From an uncultured Candidatus Saccharibacteria bacterium (GTDB lineage Bacteria > Patescibacteriota > Minisyncoccia > 2-02-FULL-40-12 > GWA2-44-9): a stretch of DNA of 24,170 nt. Every line of letters starts with the position of its first letter. Position 1 is the stretch's first letter. Of this stretch, positions 7,728 through 15,747 are shown one piece after another. Location of the stretch: positions 8,071 through 32,240 of the forward strand of contig CAZCYM010000001.1 in assembly GCA_964502945.1 (NCBI GenBank), written 5' to 3'. Under the pieces are notes generated by a model that did not search any database, was not told where the DNA came from, and worked only from the letters and a program-made list of their open reading frames with translations. Position numbers and translations under genes: made by a program.

Positions 7728-8624
7728 ATGAAGCATTTCTACACCATAATGTTTATTGTATCAATCACAGTGCTTGTCTCATCTGCGGTTGCCCTTGGAG
7801 TCTATGGTTTAAATTTTGGAGTTGATTTTCGTGGTGGAAGCGTAATGGAAGTAGAGTTTCTAGAAAGTCGTCCTTCTGCGGTTGCAGCTCATGAAGTTCT
7901 GGCGGGCAGAGAGTCACTGAAAGAGCTTTCAGTCAATACATCAGGTGATGCGGGTCTGGTTATTCGTTCGTCTGAGCTATCTGAAGAAGATCATCAATGG
8001 ATGCTGACTACGCTGACAACGGTAATGGATGGTGGGAAACTGCAGGAATTGCGATTTGACTCTGTGGGTCCCGCAATTGGCCAGGAACTAAAAAGTAAAA
8101 GCATAACTGCCATCATCGTGCTTCTGGCAGTAGTCATGTTATATATTGCATACATGTTCCGAACTTTATCGCGTTCCTTGTCATTGTTGGCAATGGCTGC
8201 TGGGACTGTGCTGGGTCTTGTGCATGACATTATTATACCGATGGGTGTTTTTGCGGTGTTAGGTTATTATGCTGATGTTCAGATATCTGCAATTTATGTC
8301 GCTGCGGTATTGACCATCTTGGGCTACACGGTTTCCGATAAGGTGGTCATCTATGATCGGGTTCGGGAGAATATACTTCGTGGAACGAAAGATCCTTTGC
8401 CGGATATCGTACATCGAAGCGTGATGCAGACCTTGGTTAGGTCGATCAATAATACACTGGTTGTAATGCTTTCTTCTTTAGCCGTGTTTTTGTATGGGGG
8501 AGAGAGTATTCGCTACTTTGCGCTTTCACTCATGTTGGGTATTGGTTTGGGGGCGTATTCTTCAATATTTGTAGCGTCGCCTGTACTGGTCTGGTTATCG
8601 GACTGGACAAAGAAGAATAGATAG
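7728..8624 (+). CDS. secF: Protein translocase subunit SecF
   Basis: LNFGVDFRGGS, FDSVGPAIGQEL, LTILGYTVSDKVVIYDRVREN, QTLVRSINNT, GAYSSIFVASP; follows secD. Confidence 0.95.
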   Translation: MKHFYTIMFIVSITVLVSSAVALGVYGLNFGVDFRGGSVMEVEFLESRPSAVAAHEVLAGRESLKELSVNTSGDAGLVIRSSELSEEDHQWMLTTLTTVMDGGKLQELRFDSVGPAIGQELKSKSITAIIVLLAVVMLYIAYMFRTLSRSLSLLAMAAGTVLGLVHDIIIPMGVFAVLGYYADVQISAIYVAAVLTILGYTVSDKVVIYDRVRENILRGTKDPLPDIVHRSVMQTLVRSINNTLVVMLSSLAVFLYGGESIRYFALSLMLGIGLGAYSSIFVASPVLVWLSDWTKKNR

Positions 8625-8715
8625 ATTATAGTAACAAATGTTGACCCAGCCTTTGAAAAATGGTTTTGTATAAATTAACTTTGGTGTGTGTTTGGTCCAT
8701 ATTTCAAGAGCTGGG

Positions 8716-8744
8716 TTGACTTATCTAATTCGTAATGCTATTGT
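8716..8744 (+). promoter_or_regulatory. Putative sigma70 promoter (extended -10)
   Basis: TTGACT-17 nt-TATTGT with TGn before the -10 box. Confidence 0.5.
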
Positions 8745-8773
8745 ATATGGAGGTACAGTAGACTATAAAGGTC

Positions 8774-9829
8774 ATGTCAAATCAAATAGCAATAACTAAG
8801 ACAGTTGCTTTGCTGGTCAAAAATATAGCACCTAGAAACAAGGACATTATTTCTAGGCGTTTTGGCTTGAAAACTGGCAGGAAAGAGACCCTTGAATCGA
8901 TAGGCAAAAGCTACGGAATAACTCGAGAAAGAGTCAGACAGATAGAGGAATTTTCAATCAACCAGTTATCAAAAGTTATTGCTTCATCTAGAGATGTTTC
9001 CCGATATGTTTCTTTGGCAAAAGAAATACTAAATGGCAATGGAGGATTTATGAGGGAGGCTGATTTATTTAAAGCCTTTAGTGGAAATGATAAAGAGAGC
9101 GTTGTTAATGCGTCGCTGGTTTTTATTCTTACTCTTGCCGGTCAGCCAGCCTCTTCGGCTAGTGGTCCGGTTAGATTTGGGGATAATGAGCAGTATCATT
9201 CGTTCTGGGCCTTGAACCAGGAGAGTGCTGATTTATTTAAGAATGGTGTGTCTAGCTTGGTTCGGTCATTTCATAAAAATACAAGTCCGGTGGCTGAAGC
9301 TGAGCTTGTTTCTTTTGCTCAAGCTGGCGGCGTCTCAAGTCCAAAAGATGTCCTGAGCTTTTTAAATATATCAAAAGAACTCGGAAGAAATGTTTTTGGT
9401 CATATCGGTTTAATAAGCTGGGCCGAGGTAAAGCCTAAAGGAGTCAGAGACAAGGCTTATTTGGTTTTGAAAAAAGAAAAACAGCCAAAACACTTTACCG
9501 AAATAGCCAAGCTTATAAATACAACTGGTTTCTCGTCCAAAAAAGCTAATATTCAGACAGTTCACAATGAGTTAATAAAAGATTCTAGATTTGTCTTAGT
9601 CGGTAGGGGTATGTATGGATTATCCGAATGGGGCTATCAGCCGGGTACAGTTAAGGAAGTTTTGGTTAATGTCATGAAAAAACATGGCAAGCCTTTGGCT
9701 AGAGCAGAATTGGTTGCTAAAGTTCTAGATAACCGGATGGTCAAGGAAAACACTATTTTGTTAAATCTTCAAGATTCGAAAGTTTTTTCAAAACGAGAAG
9801 ACGGAACTTACGTCTTAAGAAAGGCGTAA
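8774..9829 (+). CDS. Sigma70 region-4 HTH fused to HARE-HTH/RNAP-delta-like winged helices (CPR-type transcription-related protein)
   Basis: IISRRFGL...ETLESIGKSYGITRERVRQIE (sigma r4); C-terminal AYLVLKKEKQPKHFTEI...TVHNELIKDSRFVLVGRGMYGLSEWG. No sigma region 2. Confidence 0.75.
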   Translation: MSNQIAITKTVALLVKNIAPRNKDIISRRFGLKTGRKETLESIGKSYGITRERVRQIEEFSINQLSKVIASSRDVSRYVSLAKEILNGNGGFMREADLFKAFSGNDKESVVNASLVFILTLAGQPASSASGPVRFGDNEQYHSFWALNQESADLFKNGVSSLVRSFHKNTSPVAEAELVSFAQAGGVSSPKDVLSFLNISKELGRNVFGHIGLISWAEVKPKGVRDKAYLVLKKEKQPKHFTEIAKLINTTGFSSKKANIQTVHNELIKDSRFVLVGRGMYGLSEWGYQPGTVKEVLVNVMKKHGKPLARAELVAKVLDNRMVKENTILLNLQDSKVFSKREDGTYVLRKA

Positions 9830-9944
9830 AGTTAAAAGGTAAAAGTTAAAAGGTAAAAGTTCAAGTTAAAGTTCAAAATTGATTAAATTAATTTTAAGAT
9901 TTTGAATTGTAATTTTGCATTTTGATTTTTTAATTTTCAATTTC
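9828..9944. repeat. 7-nt-period AT-rich array (A-rich arm, then T-rich arm)
   Basis: AAAAGTT/AAAAGGT units followed by AATTTTG/AATTTTC-like units. Confidence 0.8.
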
Positions 9945-9948
9945 TGCT

Positions 9949-11238
9949 TTGACTTCTTTTCTTTTAATTCTAAATACTTTTAAGGAATTTCTATCCTTAT
10001 TCACCTCGATCTGGTGGGTTTGGTTACCTGTCTTCTTGTACTTTTTCTCTTACTCTGCAGTTCAAAACTATACTTATTTAAAATACCGTCTTGCCCTTGA
10101 ATGGGTTCTTTTGGAAATTAAAATACCAAAGGAAGTTACAAAAAGTCCTAGAACAATGGAGCAAGTTTTTACCGGTCTCCATGGCGTTTATTCTCTTCCT
10201 ATAAAATGGCCATCTAAATTTTTTAAGGGCCAAGTGCCGCATTGGTTTTCTTTTGAGATGGTCGGTAAGGGCGGAGAAATTCATTTTTATATCAGGACCC
10301 AGAAAAAATACAAAAATATTGTTGAAGCTCAGGTGTATGCTCAGTATCCGGAAGCTGAAGTCTATGAGGTTCCAGATTATATAAACGACATGCCTATGTA
10401 TCTACCTAATGATCAATATGATCTTTGGGGGACTGACCTGATCCTCAACAAAGAGGATGCCTATCCGATAAGGACTTATCCAGATTTTGAGGAAAAATCA
10501 GCTGGCAAAGAAGACGTTAAAAGACTAGACCCAATGGCTTCGTTGTCAGAACTTTTTACCACTCTTCATGCCGGCGAACAGATATGGGTCCAAATTTTGG
10601 GCGCTCCGACCGGAGATGGTTGGGTTAAAAGGGGACAGTTAGTGCTTGATAAAATAATGGGTAAGGAGGCATCGCCCTTAACCGGTAATTTATTTTCGGA
10701 TGCTGTTTTTGCAATTGATAAGGCAATTTCTGGAATGGTGCCTTCGCCAGTTAACGAAAAGGGTGAGAAAATTGAGAAAAAGAAAGAAAAGGAGAAAGAA
10801 AGAGTCAGCTTAAGTCCCGGAAAACAGGAGATAATTAAAGCCATGGAAAAAAGTTGGGACAAGTTAGGCTATCAGACCGGAATCAGATTTTTATATATCG
10901 GTCCAAAAGACAATTTTCAGCAAAGTCATGTTTCCGGGGTAGTGGGCGCCTTTAGACAGTTTTCATCTCAGAATTTGAATGGTTTTAAGATGAATAAATA
11001 TACTCTTACCTACGCCTCGGGTTTATTTAAGAAATCCAAGCTTTTTAATAAAAAAATATCAATCTTTCAGGCATTTCGTGAAAGAAAATTGTTTGGGACA
11101 GGGTTTAAGCCATTTGTTCTTAATACCGAGGAGCTGGCAACCATTTTCCACTTCCCAGATGTTGGGGTAAGAGCGCCGTTATTGCCTCGCGTTGAAACTA
11201 AAAGAGGAGAACCGCCTGTGGGATTACCAATCAATTAA
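9949..11238 (+). CDS. Conserved hypothetical membrane-anchored protein, partner of the downstream VirD4-like ATPase
   Basis: 429-aa ORF with an N-terminal TM, then LLEIKIPKE...WFSFE...IHFYI...QVYAQYP. I recognise the family only as a CPR hypothetical. The start codon is uncertain. Confidence 0.7.
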   Translation: MTSFLLILNTFKEFLSLFTSIWWVWLPVFLYFFSYSAVQNYTYLKYRLALEWVLLEIKIPKEVTKSPRTMEQVFTGLHGVYSLPIKWPSKFFKGQVPHWFSFEMVGKGGEIHFYIRTQKKYKNIVEAQVYAQYPEAEVYEVPDYINDMPMYLPNDQYDLWGTDLILNKEDAYPIRTYPDFEEKSAGKEDVKRLDPMASLSELFTTLHAGEQIWVQILGAPTGDGWVKRGQLVLDKIMGKEASPLTGNLFSDAVFAIDKAISGMVPSPVNEKGEKIEKKKEKEKERVSLSPGKQEIIKAMEKSWDKLGYQTGIRFLYIGPKDNFQQSHVSGVVGAFRQFSSQNLNGFKMNKYTLTYASGLFKKSKLFNKKISIFQAFRERKLFGTGFKPFVLNTEELATIFHFPDVGVRAPLLPRVETKRGEPPVGLPIN

Positions 11239-11244
11239 AAATTA

Positions 11245-11417
11245 GGACTTACGCGCTTGAGCCATGAAGCCCTAAAATCTTGGGGCTTATCATAGCTCAA
11301 GCCACAAGGGTTTGATCAATTTCTTCGTTAAAATCTCCGTTTGATTCTCGTCGTACTAGAAGTACGTCTCGAATCAATACTCGATTTTGCCTCGAACTTG
11401 ACTAAACGCGTAAGTCC
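11245..11417. mobile_element. Candidate MITE, 173 bp, with 11-bp TIRs and a TA duplication
   Basis: TA|GGACTTACGCG ... CGCGTAAGTCC|TA (14-bp perfect inverted repeat if flanks are counted, 11242-11255 / 11407-11420). Two internal hairpins; non-coding. Confidence 0.6.
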
Positions 11418-11435
11418 TAAAAAAGACATCTATAT

Positions 11436-13295
11436 ATGCCCGTTAAAAGTAAAAAAGATATTGTTGTTATCGGTGAAACTAATTTTCGCAATCAGCGCTG
11501 GCGTTTTGGCATTAAAGAAGATGATCGTCGGCGTCATATGTATGTGATTGGTTCAACTGGCATGGGTAAGTCAGAGTTTTTGAAGAATATGGCTATTCAG
11601 GATATTGAAGCGGGACGGGGTCTGGCTTTTATTGATCCTCACGGTGATCCTTCTGATCAGCTTCTTGACCACATACCAGCTAGTCGGATAAAAGATGTTA
11701 TTTATTTTGACCCTTCTGATTTGGAATATCCGATTGCTTTCAACATAACGGAAAAAGTCCATTACGATTATCGTCACCTTATTGCTTCCGGTTTGCTTGG
11801 AGTTTTTAAGAAAATATGGGGTACCGAGGTCTGGTCAGGAAGAATGGAGTATATTCTTAATCATACCATTCTGGCTCTACTTGAATATCCCGACTCAACA
11901 CTTTTGGGGATTAATCGGATGATGTCGGTTAAAAGTTATAGGAATAAAGTTGTGGCTAATCTTAAAGACCCGATAGTTAAATCTTTTTGGGTTGATGAAT
12001 TTGCCAAGTATGCAGATCGGTTTGCAACCGAAGCCACGGCCGCTATTCAAAATAAGGTTGGTCAGTTTTCTTCTAATAATGTTATTCGGAACATTATTGG
12101 CCAAGTTCATTCAAAGTTTGATATCCGCAAAATTATGGACGAGAGCAAGATACTGATAGTTAATGTATCCAAGGGCAAAACAGGAGAGGATGCTTCTCGT
12201 CTTTTGGGTAATTTGCTGATAACCAAAATCCAGCTTGCGGCAATGTCTCGAGTTGATACGCCAGAGAAAGATAGGCGTGATTTTTATTTATATGTAGATG
12301 AATTTAAGAATTTTGCTACTGAATCCTTTGCCAATATATTATCTGAGGCCAGAAAGTTTCATTTAAGTTTGGTTGTCGCTCACCAGTATATAAAACAGAT
12401 GGAAGAACCAGTCAGAGATGCTGTCTTTGGTAATGTTGGGACAATTGTTTCTTTCAGAGTTGGCGCAGAAGATGCCGAGTTTTTAGAAAAATGGTTCTCT
12501 CCTGACTTTTTAATGGCTGATATTATTAATCTCGGAAAATATAATATGTATTTAAAGCTTATGATTGACGGAGTGTCTTCAAGGGGATTTTCGGCCACTG
12601 CTATTCCTCCTTTACCAAGACTGGAGAAGTCTAATCGGGAGGCAATCATTGAATATTCAAGAAGAACTTATGCTACTCCTCGGAGTGAAGTAGAGAAGGA
12701 TGTTGCTGATTGGGCTCTTGCGACGGAAGAAGATAAGAAACCGCAACAAGGTGGCGGGGGTTATGGCGGATCAAGAACTGCTTATGGACAATTGAGAAGC
12801 GAAGGCGATCGAAATACTGAGGCCAGCAGGCCGAATGTAGAGCAGCCAAGACCAAGACAATTCCAACCGCAATTTGATTCTCAAAGGCAGAGCCAATCAA
12901 TACCAACCTATCAAAGACCCATACCAAATTCTTCTTTTGAACGTCGAGAGCCATCACAATTCCAGAGACCAATGCCTTCCCGTCCGCCAATAAATCCAGA
13001 ATATAGACCCTTAGATAAACCCCAAGGAATGACTATCGGGCTAGAACCGAGCTCAGCTCGGCTAGGGCCGAGAGTTGTTGAACCGGTTCAAACTCCAACT
13101 GAGTTTCGAGCTCAACAACGGCAAGTCCAACAGCAATCACAATCGTCCGGGCTTTCATTTGATGATGCATTAAGACAGGGACCTGTTAATTTTCGTGGTA
13201 GAAAAATAGAGGATAAAAAAGAAAGGCCAAAGGTAGAAGTTAATACAGATGCTCTCAAAAGGGTTTTGGAAGAGGCGATGGGGAAGAAAGAGTAA
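11436..13295 (+). CDS. TraG/TraD/VirD4-like (HerA/FtsK superfamily) ATPase with a disordered Q/R/P-rich C-terminal tail
   Basis: Walker A GSTGMGKS, FIDPHGD, Walker B LYVDEF, LSEARKFHLSLVVAHQY, AVFGNVGT. Confidence 0.88.
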   Translation: MPVKSKKDIVVIGETNFRNQRWRFGIKEDDRRRHMYVIGSTGMGKSEFLKNMAIQDIEAGRGLAFIDPHGDPSDQLLDHIPASRIKDVIYFDPSDLEYPIAFNITEKVHYDYRHLIASGLLGVFKKIWGTEVWSGRMEYILNHTILALLEYPDSTLLGINRMMSVKSYRNKVVANLKDPIVKSFWVDEFAKYADRFATEATAAIQNKVGQFSSNNVIRNIIGQVHSKFDIRKIMDESKILIVNVSKGKTGEDASRLLGNLLITKIQLAAMSRVDTPEKDRRDFYLYVDEFKNFATESFANILSEARKFHLSLVVAHQYIKQMEEPVRDAVFGNVGTIVSFRVGAEDAEFLEKWFSPDFLMADIINLGKYNMYLKLMIDGVSSRGFSATAIPPLPRLEKSNREAIIEYSRRTYATPRSEVEKDVADWALATEEDKKPQQGGGGYGGSRTAYGQLRSEGDRNTEASRPNVEQPRPRQFQPQFDSQRQSQSIPTYQRPIPNSSFERREPSQFQRPMPSRPPINPEYRPLDKPQGMTIGLEPSSARLGPRVVEPVQTPTEFRAQQRQVQQQSQSSGLSFDDALRQGPVNFRGRKIEDKKERPKVEVNTDALKRVLEEAMGKKE

Positions 13296-13381
13296 TCGCA
13301 ACCCTCCCTCCATTTCTCGACCTACTTTATTTCTTCGGACAAATAGTTTGGTTTTGGTACGTTTCGATTTGGAGCTTAAGA

Positions 13382-13447
13382 ATGAGATACGATAAACTAG
13401 TTCGGGATAAAATTCCGGAAGTTATTAGAAATAAGGGCGGAAGATGT
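13382..13447 (+). pseudogene. N-terminal remnant of a MazG-like/phosphoribosyl-ATP pyrophosphohydrolase-family gene
   Basis: GGAG RBS plus MRYDKLVRDKIPEVIRNKGG, the characteristic N-terminus of that family. Similarity ends after about 20 aa and no EExxE motif follows. Confidence 0.6.
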
Positions 13448-13518
13448 ACAATGTGGATTTTTTTATTCTTTTATGTTAGTTTTACTTCAGCACATTTTCA
13501 GATAGGGAGAGTAGAAAA

Positions 13519-13875
13519 GTGGAGAACAAAAAGGTACTGGAAATTATCGATAGTTACCGACAGTATTTTCAAGAAGAAGTCGTTCCGAATAAAAAGTATC
13601 CTCATGACAAGGCGGTTTCATTTTGTAATGTTGATGATGTGCTAGCCCATTGTCACAGTATGCTTAGCGGAGTAGAGAAGTTTATCGCTACTGGCGATAA
13701 AGAGCAAAGAGACCGAGCCTTGATACGTCTAGGTTTCATTCAAGGTGGTCTATGGGCAACTGGCCATTATACGATCGAAGATTTAAAGAATCACAATCGT
13801 CCTGATGCGGGAACGGTTAGTGAGAAAACTCATTTGCCGCTAACCAAAGAGGATTTAGAGGATTGGGAGTACTAG
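13519..13875 (+). CDS. Hypothetical protein, 118 aa
   Basis: AGGGAG RBS before the GTG; RLGFIQGGLW...YTIEDLKNHNRP motif; followed by a terminator. Confidence 0.7.
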   Translation: MENKKVLEIIDSYRQYFQEEVVPNKKYPHDKAVSFCNVDDVLAHCHSMLSGVEKFIATGDKEQRDRALIRLGFIQGGLWATGHYTIEDLKNHNRPDAGTVSEKTHLPLTKEDLEDWEY

Positions 13876-13900
13876 CCCGCCATTTGGCGGGCTTTTCTTT
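13874..13900 (+). terminator. Intrinsic terminator
   Basis: AGCCCGCC-ATTT-GGCGGGCT followed by TTTCTTT. Confidence 0.8.
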
Positions 13901-13957
13901 CCTACTTTAAAAATGTATTATTCTTATATTAAACTCTTGATTTTTTAATTTTAAACT

Positions 13958-15223
13958 ATGCCTAATAAGTTTTACAGAAAATACATCAGAATCCCTCCCA
14001 GCGAATCGATCGATATTAGGGACATAATGCCGATTATTCATCATCCGCTTTTTCAGCGCTTGCTTCATATTTCTCAGCTAGGGACAACTCTTAATGTTTT
14101 TCCTGGAGCAACCCATAATCGTTTCGAACATGCTATGGGCGTATATGCCAAGACCCTTCGGTTTTCTAAAAGAATGGTTGAGGATGGTTTTCTGACGTCT
14201 TTTGAGGCCAAGAATGTTTCTCTCTTCGGTTTGCTTCACGACATCGGTCATGGGCCGTTCTCACATGTGATAGAAGAGCTGACTCCGTTAAGTGGCGATG
14301 AAGACGAGAACGGACTCGTAGTTCTTAAATTATTAAAAAAAGAAATAAAAGTCGCGGGTGGTGACTATGAATTCGTCAAAAAAATAGCTGCCCATAAAAA
14401 TCCGCTTTACCGGATAGTAATGGATAAAAATGTCGGGATGGATAAGCTGGATTACCTTGAACGGGATGTTTATCACACCGGGTTTGGTCAAAGGCCGGAT
14501 ATAGAAAGTTTATTTAACTACCTTGTTTATTTGAGAGGCCATTTGGTCATAGACAAGAAATCACTCGAAGCGGCTAAGCAGATGCAGAAATTGTATCTTT
14601 ATATGTATAAAGAAGTCTATCTTCATAAGTCGGCTCTCATTAGTCAGAGATTTATTCAGAAGATGATAGCCATGCTTTTAAAATTAACTGCATCCGATCC
14701 GGCTGAACTTTGGCGCCTCAATGATCAAGAACTTATGGGCCTTGTTTATACTCATCCCGATAAGAATTTAAAATTTATTTACGACTCCTATAAGAACAGA
14801 ACTCTGCCCAGTACCGGAGTCGTGATACGGCTCAAGGACAGAGAATTTAAAGAAAGAATTGCCGGTAAAAAAATAAAGGTAATAGGAGAAGATAGGGTAT
14901 TTTTCCGAAAGTTTATGAAGCACACTTCTCCTGAAGATCTTGAAAATCTAGAATCAAAAATTGCGAAACTAATAAATGTTCCGGCCTATAAATTAGCAAT
15001 AGTTCCAACATTAACTCCGTGGCGATTTGTACCGGAAGATATTCTGTACCACGATAATGGCCGAATACTTTCTCTCAAAGATACTCAGAAAGAATATTTT
15101 GAGGCATTAAAATCAGAGATGAGTGATTACTTGGCTGTCCGGGTTTGCATAGTCGGAGATAGAGGAATGTTGTTTAAGAACTCCTCAAAAATTTATAATC
15201 TTATAAAAAAGGAGATGTATTGA
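13958..15223 (+). CDS. HD-domain phosphohydrolase (COG1078/SAMHD1-like dNTP triphosphohydrolase family)
   Basis: HPLFQRLLHISQLG, PGATHNRFEHAMG, LLHDIGHGPFSH, DKLDYLERD, YKEVYLHK. Confidence 0.88.
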   Translation: MPNKFYRKYIRIPPSESIDIRDIMPIIHHPLFQRLLHISQLGTTLNVFPGATHNRFEHAMGVYAKTLRFSKRMVEDGFLTSFEAKNVSLFGLLHDIGHGPFSHVIEELTPLSGDEDENGLVVLKLLKKEIKVAGGDYEFVKKIAAHKNPLYRIVMDKNVGMDKLDYLERDVYHTGFGQRPDIESLFNYLVYLRGHLVIDKKSLEAAKQMQKLYLYMYKEVYLHKSALISQRFIQKMIAMLLKLTASDPAELWRLNDQELMGLVYTHPDKNLKFIYDSYKNRTLPSTGVVIRLKDREFKERIAGKKIKVIGEDRVFFRKFMKHTSPEDLENLESKIAKLINVPAYKLAIVPTLTPWRFVPEDILYHDNGRILSLKDTQKEYFEALKSEMSDYLAVRVCIVGDRGMLFKNSSKIYNLIKKEMY

Positions 15224-15260
15224 AATGCCTATGGAGGTGTCTTTTTTAATTTTTCAAAAC

Positions 15261-15285
15261 AAAAAATGCGAGGCTTGTCCTCACA
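15261..15285 (-). terminator. Minus-strand intrinsic terminator below the decayed TA operon
   Basis: On the minus strand: TGTGAGG-ACAAG-CCTCGCA followed by TTTTTT. Confidence 0.6.
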
Positions 15286-15366
15286 CTTATATATAAGTCG
15301 TGACGGGTTATCGCACATCAGTTTAATCAATGTCTTCGAGCAAAAGTCTTCCAAACTTCAACAACA

Positions 15367-15519
15367 TCATTTCCAAATATTCTCCCATAAAGTGTGTAGA
15401 GATTGATTAAAAGGATTTTGCCGGAGAAGAATAATCGAATTCGCCAGTTTTATTTTTAGTTTATTCGATAAGTTATGTGCTGACTTAACAAAAATACCGC
15501 CATAAATAATCCTGATCAT
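15367..15519 (-). pseudogene. Truncated RelE/ParE-family toxin
   Basis: Hand translation MIRIIYGGIFVKSAHNLSNKLKIKLANSIILLRQNPFNQSLHT(LWENIWK*). RelE-like up to NPF..SLHT, then the expected C-terminus is lost. Not in the ORF track. Confidence 0.6.
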
Positions 15520-15522
15520 GTT

Positions 15523-15687
15523 TTAAACTAGCTGCTTAAGAAAAGCTGCTTTGTTCTCAAAAGCATGAACTGGTTTTTCTTCGCTAAATTTGAGAATCTT
15601 TTTTACAAATTGAGGATTATAGTTTCCCTCTTTGTCTTTACCGATGGTTCCGATAACAACTAATCTTTAAGTAGTCAAGGTTGTCAT
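15523..15687 (-). pseudogene. Small antitoxin-like gene with an in-frame TAA at codon 7
   Basis: Hand translation MTTLTT*RLVVIGTIGKDKEGNYNPQFVKKILKFSEEKPVHAFENKAAFLKQLV*. Ends 3 nt before the toxin ATG. Confidence 0.55.
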
Positions 15688-15693
15688 TTTTCC

Positions 15694-15723
15694 ACAAAAA
15701 AGCCGACAGTTAGTTATGTCGGC
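15694..15723 (-). terminator. Minus-strand terminator after the 99-aa gene
   Basis: On the minus strand: GCCGACA-loop-TGTCGGC followed by a T7 run. Confidence 0.7.
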
Positions 15724-15747
15724 ATCGGAAGGTCGTTTAAAGGAAAA

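Noticed and set aside
8747-8761. In-frame mini-ORF ATG GAG GTA CAG TAG upstream of the sigma-r4 gene
   Set aside because: Four codons with no RBS of its own, and too close to the predicted promoter; likely chance.
9138-9170. Possible palindromic insert (GQPASSASGP) in the sigma-r4 protein
   Set aside because: The stem is only about 4+4 bp; I cannot distinguish it from chance without an alignment.
11436-13295. Conjugative element
   Set aside because: No relaxase, oriT, VirB4 or mating-pair genes nearby; the context is chromosomal.
13382-13645. 87-aa ORF as a real full-length gene
   Set aside because: Only the first ~20 aa look like a protein family; the rest crosses an AT-rich spacer and overlaps the better-supported 13519-13875 gene.
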